This document shows positions 20,987-31,000 of a DNA stretch of 51,819 nucleotides, one piece after another; the stretch's first letter is position 1; each line of letters starts with the position of its first letter. The notes beneath the pieces were generated by a model. The model saw only the letters and a list, made by a program, of their open reading frames with translations, was not told the origin of the DNA and made no database searches. The translations under genes were made by a program, and so were the position numbers. This stretch comes from Alphaproteobacteria bacterium (GTDB lineage Bacteria; Pseudomonadota; Alphaproteobacteria; RF32; CAG-239), in the NCBI GenBank assembly GCA_017464685.1, contig JAFTYO010000008.1, positions 1 to 51,819 on the forward strand. The letters run 5' to 3'.

Positions 20987-21012
20987 TAAGGGCTCTTTGT
21001 TAAGAGCTCTTA
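20987..21012. terminator. Hairpin between convergent genes
   Basis: TAAGGGCTCTT / AAGAGCTCTTA imperfect inverted repeat. Confidence 0.55.
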
Positions 21013-21014
21013 AA

Positions 21015-22328
21015 TTAATTGCTTCTGTATTTTCGTGATTTTGCTAATTCCTTTGCAATTTCAAGGGTTTTAACTCCTTTACTAATCACCTTTCCGATTT
21101 TTGTTTTCGGTTCGGGTTCATCGGAATGTTGAGTGACAATTTTTTTAATTGCTTTAAACTTTTCGGTCTCATTTTTACCATCTCGCCAAAATTCTGTAGT
21201 TAAAACGTTGCCATTTTCATCGTAATATTTCCATATTCCATGTTTTTTATCATCTTTGTATGAACCTGATATTCTTACCTGAGAACTATTTTTGAAAAAT
21301 TCTTGATAAGGGCCATCCAGTTTGTTGTCTTTGTAATGTGCTTTTCTGCGTAAAGTAGTTTTTGGATTGTGATAATTATTATATAAAGATAATTCTCCGT
21401 TTAGTTTTCCATCCTTCATTTCGAAATTACATACTATATTGCTTCCAAGTGATAGTGTTCCATTTCTCGGTGTATAGATTACTGCGGGAAGTTTTTCTAC
21501 ATTATCAGGGGTTACAATAAAGTTTTTACCAGTTATGTAATTAACTTCTTTGTTTAATTGTTGATAGACAAGAACAGATGTGCGTGCTTCATCGCTCATT
21601 TTAGCGGTTATGTGTTGAGGCTCTTTCATAAGCTCTTCTGATAAAACAGGGGTTACAAAAGGAAATGTTCTTTGAGAAGTTTGGTACTTACCTTCGGTAC
21701 ACTCATATAGAGTAAATTCCTTCCCTTTTTCATCGCAAGTATAATATCTGCCATTATATTCTTTTCCATCTTTAAACTCCATATCGTATATAGCATTAGG
21801 AACATGTGTAAGAGAGCCGCTGTGATATAAAGGGGCAACTATTTTTAAGTGCTGTATTTGATTATCTTTAATTGTGATTTCTATCGGATTAATTAAAGAC
21901 ACACATTTCCCAGCAAGAAAAGTGGCATCTTTCATGTTTGAAAAACTCCATTCTTCTTTTTCAATATCTATATGAGACAGAATCTTTTCTAAAGGGGATC
22001 CTTTGATTTCATCTAATTTGTATGATAAATTTACTTTATGTGTCTGATTATTTTCCAAGTCGCTAATGTGTTGGACTATCCGTAATTTTTCACCAGTATG
22101 TGTAATATTAAATATTTTCGGTTTTCCAACTATTTCTCCGTCTTTCCACAGTGTTGTTGTCTCAAATTCTTTTCCTCTACTTTTACTATATTCAACCTCT
22201 ATACCATCTTTTTTGCCTTCAGAATTAAGATGATAATAACCTAAAAGTGTATGAGAGCTTGCGTTATAAGTGCTGATTTTTGTTGTCCCATCTTTCAAAA
22301 CTTCCTCATTGGTAAAAGTTTTTTCCAT
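21015..22328 (-). CDS. MORN-variant (YwqK-like) repeat protein
   Basis: YKDNKLDGPYQEFF, YKDDKKHGIWKYYDENG, WKDGEIVG repeats. Confidence 0.75.
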   Translation of the reverse strand: MEKTFTNEEVLKDGTTKISTYNASSHTLLGYYHLNSEGKKDGIEVEYSKSRGKEFETTTLWKDGEIVGKPKIFNITHTGEKLRIVQHISDLENNQTHKVNLSYKLDEIKGSPLEKILSHIDIEKEEWSFSNMKDATFLAGKCVSLINPIEITIKDNQIQHLKIVAPLYHSGSLTHVPNAIYDMEFKDGKEYNGRYYTCDEKGKEFTLYECTEGKYQTSQRTFPFVTPVLSEELMKEPQHITAKMSDEARTSVLVYQQLNKEVNYITGKNFIVTPDNVEKLPAVIYTPRNGTLSLGSNIVCNFEMKDGKLNGELSLYNNYHNPKTTLRRKAHYKDNKLDGPYQEFFKNSSQVRISGSYKDDKKHGIWKYYDENGNVLTTEFWRDGKNETEKFKAIKKIVTQHSDEPEPKTKIGKVISKGVKTLEIAKELAKSRKYRSN

Positions 22329-22500
22329 TGTACCACTCCTTATTAAAACATAAATTTTCTAATAATATTAACGTATATTATATTTATTGGGTATTTTTGT
22401 CAATTGTTTTTTTTGCAAATGTTATGAAAAATGCTTGACAGACAAGTATTTTTGCTATAGATAGAGGCTCAATGTGAATGTTTTGTATTAAATATTCACT

Positions 22501-22610
22501 CCTGTCCAAGACTGTAGGTGGTCTTTTAGCATTGCTTAAATACCTTAATTGCCTACATAGACGGAGTAAGTGAGATTTATATAATCAATTTTTTCTCCCA
22601 TCCGGACAGT
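22501..22610 (+). ncRNA. Ribosomal protein L10 leader (autoregulatory RNA)
   Basis: CCAAGACTGTAGGTG...CCTACATAGACGG core, closing stem CTGTCC/GGACAG, directly upstream of rplJ. Confidence 0.85.
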
Positions 22611-22702
22611 TTTTAGGTTGCCATTTTAAGAGCATTGCTCTTGTTATGGTTGTATTAAAGTGGTGTCATTAGCGATAATGATATCTTAATTGGAGACAAT
22701 AA

Positions 22703-23185
22703 GTGAACCGCGAAGAAAAGAAACAATTACTCAGCGACTTGAACGAGTTGTTCAATGCATCTGAATTGGTTGTGGTTTCTCACTATAAGGGATTAACCGT
22801 TGCCGAAGTTTCAGAGTTGCGTAACAATATCCGCAAAGTCGGTGCTGGGTTCAGAGTTACTAAAAACCGGATTGCTAAACTGGCTCTTAAAGGCACAAAG
22901 TTTGAAAGCTTAGCCGAGTTGTTTAACGGACCTACCGCAATTGCGTTTGCAAACGACCCGATTTCAGCTTGTAAAGCTTGTGTTGAGTTCGCAAAGAACA
23001 ATGAAAAATTGGTTGTTATCGGCGGTGCTATGGGAACAGGTGTTCTTAGCGTTGATGAAATCAATCGTTTGGCTTCCATTCCGTCTATGGACGAATTGCG
23101 TGCCAAACTCATTGGCTTGCTTCAAGCTCCTGCTGCTCAATTGGCAAGAGTTACCAAAGCATACAGCGAAAAAGAAGCTGCTTAA
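22703..23185 (+). CDS. rplJ: 50S ribosomal protein L10
   Basis: YKGLTVAE, KNRIAKLAL, GPTAIAF. Confidence 0.97.
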   Translation: MNREEKKQLLSDLNELFNASELVVVSHYKGLTVAEVSELRNNIRKVGAGFRVTKNRIAKLALKGTKFESLAELFNGPTAIAFANDPISACKACVEFAKNNEKLVVIGGAMGTGVLSVDEINRLASIPSMDELRAKLIGLLQAPAAQLARVTKAYSEKEAA

Positions 23186-23236
23186 GGTTTTTAGTAATAT
23201 AACAGAATTTAATTTTAATTTATTTGGAGAAAAAAG

Positions 23237-23605
23237 ATGGCAGATTTAGCCAAATTAGTAGATGAATTATCAGCTTTGACAGTTATGGAAGCTGCTGACT
23301 TATCAAAAATGTTAGAAGAAAAATGGGGCGTTTCAGCCGCTGCTGCTGTTGCAGTTGCTGCCGGTGGTGCTGCTGCTCCTGCTGCAGAAGAAAAAGATGA
23401 ATTTGATGTTATCTTGGCTGATGCAGGCGCAAACAAAATCAACGTTATTAAAGAAATCAGAGCTATTACTCAATTAGGTTTGAAAGAAGCTAAAGATTTG
23501 GTTGATGGTGCTCCTAAAACTGTTAAAGAAGGTGCTACAAAAGCTGAAGCTGAAGAAATCAAAGCTAAACTTGAAGCCGCTGGTGCTAAAGTTGAATTGA
23601 AGTAA
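23237..23605 (+). CDS. rplL: 50S ribosomal protein L7/L12
   Basis: [31 protein letters not shown]. Confidence 0.98.
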   Translation: MADLAKLVDELSALTVMEAADLSKMLEEKWGVSAAAAVAVAAGGAAAPAAEEKDEFDVILADAGANKINVIKEIRAITQLGLKEAKDLVDGAPKTVKEGATKAEAEEIKAKLEAAGAKVELK

Positions 23606-23626
23606 TTTCTTTATTGCTTGAATTTA

Positions 23627-23665
23627 TAAAAAACTCTCTTTGCCGATTGGTAAAGAGAGTTTTTT
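23627..23665. terminator. Bidirectional terminator after rplL
   Basis: AAAAAACTCTCTTTGCC-gatt-GGTAAAGAGAGTTTTTT. Confidence 0.88.
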
Positions 23666-23817
23666 GAATATTGTGATTACCGGTAAATAATCGCAATATT
23701 AACCTTAACAGAAAGATTGCTGTTAACTAATGTAAACATACATATCAGATGTTTAATGCTGTGATAACTCAACACATTATACCTAAATAATGTTTATTTC
23801 TGCCAAGCGGTATTTTT

Positions 23818-24330
23818 TTAAAGTGTTTCCGAAATTGTAACAGTTCCACTTACATCCGAATACCAATCCTTTCGCATATTTTCATGATCAATTCTTACTT
23901 CTCTGGCATCAATAGTAAACTTTCCGTCAGAAGAAGTAGTCCCGTCCAACCATATTTCACCTACTTTTACTCCATTAACATCCTGTAGCTCTATGGCATA
24001 GCCATCTAATACTGAGCCTGAAAAATCCGGATTACCCGGGGCATCACAGTTAGCAGCAGTATAACCTTGTACACTTATAACTTCACCAGAATTACCTTGA
24101 CTTGCAGTTCCACTTCCTGTAACAGAAAGGTTGGTACTTTCGATGTTGTTGTCGTGAATTTTATTAAAATCGAATGTTATAGTACCTAACTTCAATTCTG
24201 TACATGTAAATGTTGCAGCATATTCAACATTTCCTGTAACTTCTAGTGTACCAGTATACCTTGTGTCTGAAGCATTTGCATTTGTTGTAGCCATTAAAGC
24301 AACAGCAGATAAAAGAAAATATTTTCTCAT
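23818..24330 (-). CDS. Secreted beta-rich DUF4402/Csu-pilin-like protein (divergent paralog of 38372)
   Basis: MRKYFLLSAVALM..ANA signal peptide; CTELKLGTI vs CTDLNFGTI; C-terminal Y...SGTVTI. Confidence 0.7.
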   Translation of the reverse strand: MRKYFLLSAVALMATTNANASDTRYTGTLEVTGNVEYAATFTCTELKLGTITFDFNKIHDNNIESTNLSVTGSGTASQGNSGEVISVQGYTAANCDAPGNPDFSGSVLDGYAIELQDVNGVKVGEIWLDGTTSSDGKFTIDAREVRIDHENMRKDWYSDVSGTVTISETL

Positions 24331-24365
24331 TTTTTAATTCCTTTCTATAAAAATAGTTAAACTTA

Positions 24366-24426
24366 ATTTGAAAGGTCAAAAACTCACCTCTCATGTCGCA
24401 TCATAAACCGTTTTTTTTTTTTGCAA
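24366..24426. repeat. 61-bp perfect repeat with 38873..38933 (5' leader plus promoter)
   Basis: atttgaaaggtcaaaaactcacctctcatgtcgcatcataaaccg-T12-gcaa is identical at both sites. Confidence 0.95.
24400..24426 (-). promoter_or_regulatory. Poly-A spacer promoter, copy 2 (A12; 15-bp spacer)
   Basis: TTGC-A12-CGGTT-TATGAT. Confidence 0.8.
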
Positions 24427-24465
24427 GTTTAAAGTGTATTGATTTGGGGTTTAAATCAAATTTGA

Positions 24466-24897
24466 GGTAGGCTTAAAAGAACAACCGTTTACAGCGGTCT
24501 TGGAAAAGAAGGACCTTGGTACGGCAAACTTAAAAAAGCTGTTGATTTTACAAGACCTTGTCATGTCTATGCTGATTTAATCGAAAGTGAAAAGCCACTC
24601 ACAGGTCATGGCAGTGTTATCGGTTATCGCATTGCTGAAAATCTGGTGATTCACTCAATGGTCGGAACTAACTATCTTAGAGATGAAATTGATGAATTTA
24701 TCAGAGATTTCGGTGGAAAGTTGTTAAAAGGCGATGAAATACGTCTTGTAAGAAAAAACTTTTCCACCATCAGTAAAATGCGAAAAAAAATTGGCGACAC
24801 CGAGCTTCCGGCCGGCTTGTTTTGGGCAAAACCTTGTAGCGAAGTAATTGAAGCCACAATAATATTAAAGCCCTATGAAGATGATTTAAGAGTCTGA
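24466..24897 (+). pseudogene. 5'-truncated hypothetical gene fragment
   Basis: The frame is open 60 codons upstream of the called GTG (GRLKRTTVYSGLGKEGPWYG...) with no ATG or RBS, bounded by TGA at 24463. Confidence 0.55.
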
Positions 24898-25336
24898 ATG
24901 ACTATGATAAATGTGTGCCACAGTCTTCTTATACTGAAGAAAAATCAAGCCATTATAGTGCTGATAACAATGGTGAAGTCGCAATAACCGAAACAAACAC
25001 ACACTTACGCAGGGGAAGATTAAGAGACTTATAACAGATTAAGCAAATAATTCAAAGAGGCAACTACCGGAAATCCGGTTTTAGCTAATGCATATAATGA
25101 AATATGCTCAAAATCATCAATAAGTAAGATCAATAGAAACAATGTTACAGAACAAGTTAAGGCTTTACGAGGATTATTCCGATCAAACTAAAAATTCAAA
25201 TAAATCACATGGTGGTTTAACATATGTTATCACTCAGTAAGATATGCTAAATATGGTAAAATGGCAAAAGGGTGACACCACAAAATAAGCAACGATAAAA
25301 ACTAAAATACTCACAAATTAGAGGCTTTTAGTTTGC

Positions 25337-25365
25337 AAAAAAGACACCCTTCAGAGTGTCTTTTT
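25337..25365 (-). terminator. tRNA terminator
   Basis: AAAAAAGACAC-loop-GTGTCTTTTT. Confidence 0.8.
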
Positions 25366-25367
25366 AT

Positions 25368-25443
25368 TGGTGGGCGCTGAGAGGTTCGAACTCCCGACCC
25401 TCTCGGTGTAAACGAGATGCTCTTCCAGCTGAGCTAAGCGCCC
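25368..25443 (-). tRNA. tRNA-Val(TAC)
   Basis: GGGCGCT acceptor stem, TCTCG-TT TAC AC-CGAGA anticodon arm, GTTCGAA T-loop, CCA end; 76 nt; promoter TTGATT-17-TATAAC. Confidence 0.97.
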
Positions 25444-25574
25444 ATATCCTGTCTACGAAAGTGGTTATATATAATTTATTTCAATAAATCAAGTAAAAAA
25501 ATCATTTTTTTTATAAAATATTGCATTTTTTTGCTTACTCTTTGTTTTTACTTGCTTTTATTTTGCTTTTAAAA

Positions 25575-26630
25575 TTATATCAGCACTTTTTTCATCAGCA
25601 TCATATCAATCATACCCAAACTGTTTATATTTAATGTTCTGGTATATTCTGCCATATTTAATATGTTTTCCAGCTGTTCAGAAGATTTTGCCTCGTTAAT
25701 AGTCTGAGTTCTAAAACCATATTTATACAAATCCAAAGCATTTTCATAATTTACATAAGTTTGTAATCCTATACAATCATTGTATTTTCCTATCTCTATG
25801 GCTATTTCAAATAAAATATACAGTAATCCGACATTGTCATACTTTTTCATACCGTTAACAGACCAAAATTCTACAAAAACTTTATTTATACCATTTTCAT
25901 TGTTATACTTATATAATGGTGAGCGATCAGTAACTTTTCCGAAAAAATTTTTATATACCCCATTGTCTTTTTTATAAAAATTAAGATAAATTTTTCCTAC
26001 AATTTTATCTTCTGAAATTATGCCATATTCTTCAAGATTATGTTTATATACTTTTCTGTAAATGACAAAGCCACCTAACGCCCCAACAATATTTTGATTA
26101 TCTTTAATTTTTTCAAAATCAATTATATTCTGATTTTTAAATTTGCTTTCTGTAGCCTCAGGCGATAAATACATTAATATATTACCAGAATCAAACGTTT
26201 TATTTTTAATTTGCTCATCAACTTGTGTTCCACATACGTTTTTCTGATCTAAAATTTTAAAACCCAACCTTTTATATTGCAAAACAACATCTTGGTTCAC
26301 CACTAGTGACAATGTTTTGCAATCTGATTCTTCAAACAATTCCTTTGCGGTTTCAATTAATAAATTTTCAATATTTTCATTTTTATTAAAACAGAATAAT
26401 TCGGATAAATACATATTATCGTTTTTTATATTTAAAAGCAAATATCCCACAATTGTCCTTTTACCACTTACAAAGCGATATAATTGTCCTTTTGTTCCAA
26501 ACAAATTATCATCAGATTTATAAACATTTATTATCTTCTCATCTATTTGTTGTGTTCTAATTTTTTGACTCTTTTTAGGAAGCGGAGTTATATTAATCGG
26601 CTTAATAGGAATTTGAGATCCATGTGTCAT
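25575..26630 (-). CDS. Putative tandem GNAT-fold acetyltransferase (start uncertain)
   Basis: Two GNAT-like ends: LLIETAKE..LSLVVN..QYKRLGF and LFEIAIE..NALDLYKYGF. Confidence 0.55.
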   Translation of the reverse strand: MTHGSQIPIKPINITPLPKKSQKIRTQQIDEKIINVYKSDDNLFGTKGQLYRFVSGKRTIVGYLLLNIKNDNMYLSELFCFNKNENIENLLIETAKELFEESDCKTLSLVVNQDVVLQYKRLGFKILDQKNVCGTQVDEQIKNKTFDSGNILMYLSPEATESKFKNQNIIDFEKIKDNQNIVGALGGFVIYRKVYKHNLEEYGIISEDKIVGKIYLNFYKKDNGVYKNFFGKVTDRSPLYKYNNENGINKVFVEFWSVNGMKKYDNVGLLYILFEIAIEIGKYNDCIGLQTYVNYENALDLYKYGFRTQTINEAKSSEQLENILNMAEYTRTLNINSLGMIDMMLMKKVLI

Positions 26631-26710
26631 TTTCACAACTTTCTTATTGCTATTTTTTACTTTATCATCTACTTTATTATAGGTTTTAATGTACATAAAT
26701 GGAGAATAAA

Positions 26711-27163
26711 ATGCAAGAAAACTTTAAAATCAACGTAACACAACTTGTTGAAAAAGTTAAAACTCGCAACTTGCTTTTTTATCCGGCAATTATGCATGTT
26801 TTCGCTCAAGCTCTCAGAGTTAGCGGGTATAGAGTTGATTGTTCAGCATATTTAAATACATTAAATAAAGATAACAAAGATATTTTGTATCAGGCCTTAG
26901 AGACTGATTTTAGTACATATTTTGATACCTATATTAGAAATTGTTTTTGCAACCGCCCCACCGGAGACTTGACACAAAATACTATTTTATTTTTTCCTGC
27001 TAATTTAGGAACTGTTGATGAAAAATATAAAAATATATCGACTTTTTTAATTTATCCGGTTGAAGAAATTAATAATGAACATTTCATAAAATTTAGCACA
27101 GCAAATATACTCTTAAATGCAGATTTTACCGATTTATGCGAAGAACTTGCCGAATTATTTTAA
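26711..27163 (+). CDS. Degenerate CatA-like (chloramphenicol acetyltransferase fold) protein
   Basis: KINVTQL..VK...LLFYPAIMH resembles the CAT N-terminal region; no HHxxxDG; GGAG RBS at 26701. Confidence 0.45.
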   Translation: MQENFKINVTQLVEKVKTRNLLFYPAIMHVFAQALRVSGYRVDCSAYLNTLNKDNKDILYQALETDFSTYFDTYIRNCFCNRPTGDLTQNTILFFPANLGTVDEKYKNISTFLIYPVEEINNEHFIKFSTANILLNADFTDLCEELAELF

Positions 27164-27165
27164 TT

Positions 27166-28095
27166 TTAGAGTTTACAATTGCCATCTAAAACATCATCAA
27201 GTCGGCTTTCTTTAATTCCAAATGGATCTTGATGAATGATAATTTGCGCATTGTCAAATTCGGCTTTTATTTTATTTTCTACATTTTCGGTTAATTCATG
27301 AGTTTGAAATAAATTTAAATTACCATCAAATTCCAGATGTATTTCAAACAAATATACACCTCCTAAATCTCGACTTCTTAAATCATGAAAACCTTTCACT
27401 CCTTCACATTGTTTTATAATTCCAATAATTTTATTTCTTATTTCATCATTTAATTCTTTATCGGTTAAGGCGCCTATTGCATCTGCTGCAATTTTATATG
27501 CATTATAAATAAGATATATTGAAATTAAAGCGGCGGTCAAAATATCAAACCAATTTATATTAAAAATTTCAATAATAACCAATGATAGTATAATTGAACT
27601 ATTCGTTAAAATATCAACAACATAATGTGCGCTATCTGCACTTATGGCTACCGAATTTGTTACTTTTGCCACATATTTTTGAAACGAAATTAAAACAATT
27701 GTTATACCAAGACTTACAACCATAACCATAATTCCAAATGTGGTTTGATGTAATGGTGTCGGATTAAAAAGACGAGTAATACCATCATACAAAACAAATA
27801 ATCCCGAACCAGCAACAAAAGCAGCTTGAACAAGAGCACTTAATGATTCGGCTCTTCCATATCCGTAGCGATGTGAACAATTTGCCGGTTTTGTTGAAAA
27901 CTTAACAGCAATATATGATATAGATGAAGCAAAAACATCTGAAAGACTGTCAATAAGAGAGGATAAGACAGCCAACGATCCCGTATAAACCGAAGCAAAT
28001 GTTTTAATAATACACAACAAAGTTGACACAACAATACTTGCTGTCGCAGCAACTTTTTTTAAGTTATCTTTATTTTCATTTACTTTCTTGCGCAT
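27166..28095 (-). CDS. fieF: Cation diffusion facilitator, FieF-like
   Basis: SLIDSLSD, HRYGYGRAE, ADSAHYVVD, HDLRSR, IIHQDP. Confidence 0.88.
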   Translation of the reverse strand: MRKKVNENKDNLKKVAATASIVVSTLLCIIKTFASVYTGSLAVLSSLIDSLSDVFASSISYIAVKFSTKPANCSHRYGYGRAESLSALVQAAFVAGSGLFVLYDGITRLFNPTPLHQTTFGIMVMVVSLGITIVLISFQKYVAKVTNSVAISADSAHYVVDILTNSSIILSLVIIEIFNINWFDILTAALISIYLIYNAYKIAADAIGALTDKELNDEIRNKIIGIIKQCEGVKGFHDLRSRDLGGVYLFEIHLEFDGNLNLFQTHELTENVENKIKAEFDNAQIIIHQDPFGIKESRLDDVLDGNCKL

Positions 28096-31000
28096 GTCTT
28101 ATAAGCTCCAAACTATCCTTAGAAATCCCAAAGAAGAGTCCGTTAGCATATTTTTTGAAAAATTGCAAGTGATGTGAATTTATATGTCCTATAAAGTCAT
28201 ATTTAATCCAAATATCATCATTTAATTCATAAAAATCAATATTGATTTCGTTATAATTTTCAGCTCTGATTTTTAATGTATATATTTTTTGTGCCCCCTC
28301 TAAACTCTCTGTTGTTTTTATAAGCGGAGTATTTAAAATTACTTTCATAACATTAGCAATTGTTTTAGGATCCTTATTATCATTTACCGATTCTAAACGG
28401 CCATAGCGCAAGTTCCAAATATAAGAATAAGTCCAATCGGTTTTATTTGCCGATAAATCAACGAAATCAACTTCGGCAAGCCAAACCTGAAACATATTGT
28501 CAAATTTGATGTATGCGGCTTTAGAACCTCGGCCTAAGTCAATATCATATTTTCCTACCTCAAAAGCTTCTATTAACTTATTATCTTTATCTCGTAACTC
28601 AATACGTGTATTAGGCGAGTTAGGGATATCAATCGGCTGCAAACCAAACAATGCTAAATTTTGAGCTTTATCAGATTTTTTTTCATAAAACCTTGCTTCT
28701 AATAATGCGCTTAAAAAACTGCGTATTCTTTCTTGATAAACCGGTAAATTTTTATCCTGTGACAACTCCCAAATATTGTCGTTTTTAACAAAATTTAATT
28801 CATTTTCATTGGTTTTTATACTAATGTTTTCAATTTCATTTATCTTATCTTTTAAGTTTTCAAAAATAAGTTTACCTTCATATTTTTGAATATCTGATTG
28901 ATTACTTATATAAACTGAAATTATGCCAACAAATAAAACACTAAAGGCAAAGCCGATAAGCTTTAACAATGGTCTGTTAAAGACAAAATCTCCGTTATAT
29001 TTTACTTGTTTTCTTTTTTTAGATATTGATGATAAAATTAACAATAAACTTAAAAATAAAGGAATGGCAAATATATTAATAATTTTAATTTTTATACCTA
29101 GATTTTCAATATCTTTATGTACTTTTGTACGAACTAAACTCAATTGTTTTCTTAACCCATCCATATTCTTTCTGATTGAGCTTATAATTGCTAATTCATC
29201 AGCTGTAAAAGTTTCTCTTTCTTCAAAATTTTTCTTGTTCCATATTTCATCAAGCTGATGTTTTACCACCTCAATTTGATTAAATATTTCTTCTTCCTTA
29301 AGCTTATATTCAAACATATTAAGTTTTCTTAATCTTTCAATATCTTTAAATTCTCGATTTGTCGCACTTTTACCACGTAAATTCATTAAATCGGTATTGT
29401 TTGTTAAATAGTCTAAGCTGTTTAAAATAAAATCAGCATTATCAAAAAGATCAATGAAATGATTTTCATCCATAATCATTTCTGATTTTGCCCAAAAATC
29501 ATTATAAATAAAATCAGTATCAGCAACAACTACCATATTAAACTGATTACTTGCACTTTTACCATGCACTGTAGCTGCTATAATTTTAGGATTATTATCA
29601 GCCTTAAAATATGCCAAAACTTGTCTTGGATTCAATCCGTCATAAACCACTTTATTGGGCATTAATGACGAAATTGAACTTGCCTGTAGCAAAGGAACAA
29701 AATCAATATCAGCACTTTCTACAGGTAACACAATAGCGGCAGATGAAAATAATAAACTTTTAAGATTTTTTGTTATTATATGTTTCGGATTTAAATTTTC
29801 TTTTTTTAACTTAAATTGAATAATATCTTGAGTATATGCCGGATTATTTTTGTAATTGCTCGTAGCATCAACCATAATAGAATTATCTAAGTCGGCAATT
29901 ATGTACTCATGATAAAATCTTATACCCCAAAATGAAGACAGATCTCCCAAATCTGACGGCATAAACGGATAATTTACAGCCGAATACAATCTGGTAGCTT
30001 CAGCCGCACTATCTAATAAAAGTAAAATATTACCATAATTTTTTGAATAATTTTTTACGGCCTCAAGCATTTCTTGGCTCATCGGCTGAGGATGAACTAT
30101 CATTAAAACATCGGGCCTTTGTTCAAAATCTTGTGGTTCTTTAATAAATTTTACGTTATAAAATCGGTTAATTCTGTTCACAATTTCCCATGGCTGTAAA
30201 ACCATATTATCATCTGAACTTCCACCATTTAAAGGAAGAGCCGTAAGTATAGCAACTGTTTTTTTATGATTTGAAAGTTGATAAATTTTTGAAGTTAAAT
30301 CTTGCTCTAATGAAGCAATTCTATCTGGTGTCAAAAAGTCTATAACTTGTTTGTTTTGCAATGTATCATTTAAAACTAAACCAAATAATGCACTTTGGTT
30401 GATATCAATTAACGGAATCGGTTGAACTCCATCAGCAATAGCTCTATCTTCTACATTATCCAAACTCTCCGGATGATATATCTTAAAATCAAATCTACCA
30501 TTTGAATTTGCTTTGTATTGTATCAATAAACTTCTAACCCTGTTAAACATCTGACGCATCGCTGGATTACGTTGTTCCAAAATATTCGAAAAATAAAGTT
30601 TTGCTGTTACGGGTTCAGGAAGATTTTGCAAAATATAAACTGTGTTTTTATCTAATGTGTGTAATTTGTCTTGACTGAAATCTAGCTGTGTACCACGAGT
30701 TAAATTATTGGCCAATAAGTTAAAGCCCATGAAAATAAATAAAAGCATAAACCAAGCAAAAATATAAAAATATTTGTTAGTCGATTTTAACCAAGAAGCC
30801 GTACCTGAAGTTTTGAAACTGACAATTAAAATTGTAGTAAAATTAAACAATATAATAATTGAAACAAAAAACAAAATATCTCTTAACTCTACTAAACCTG
30901 AAATCATACTTATAAAATGAGTTAAGAAACTAAAGCTTGCAATGGTATCAATTATATAATCAGGCATGAAAAATCTGAAAAATGACAATACAAACTCAAG

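Noticed and set aside
24357-24371. CtrA box (TTAA-N7-TTAA) in the pilin-like gene leader
   Set aside because: Only an imperfect TTAA-N7-TTGA, not conserved in the paralogous leader and expected by chance in AT-rich DNA
23666-25367. Integrative element at the tRNA-Val 3' end
   Set aside because: No integrase and no duplicated tRNA 3' end found (only a 6-bp TGGTGG match near 25210)
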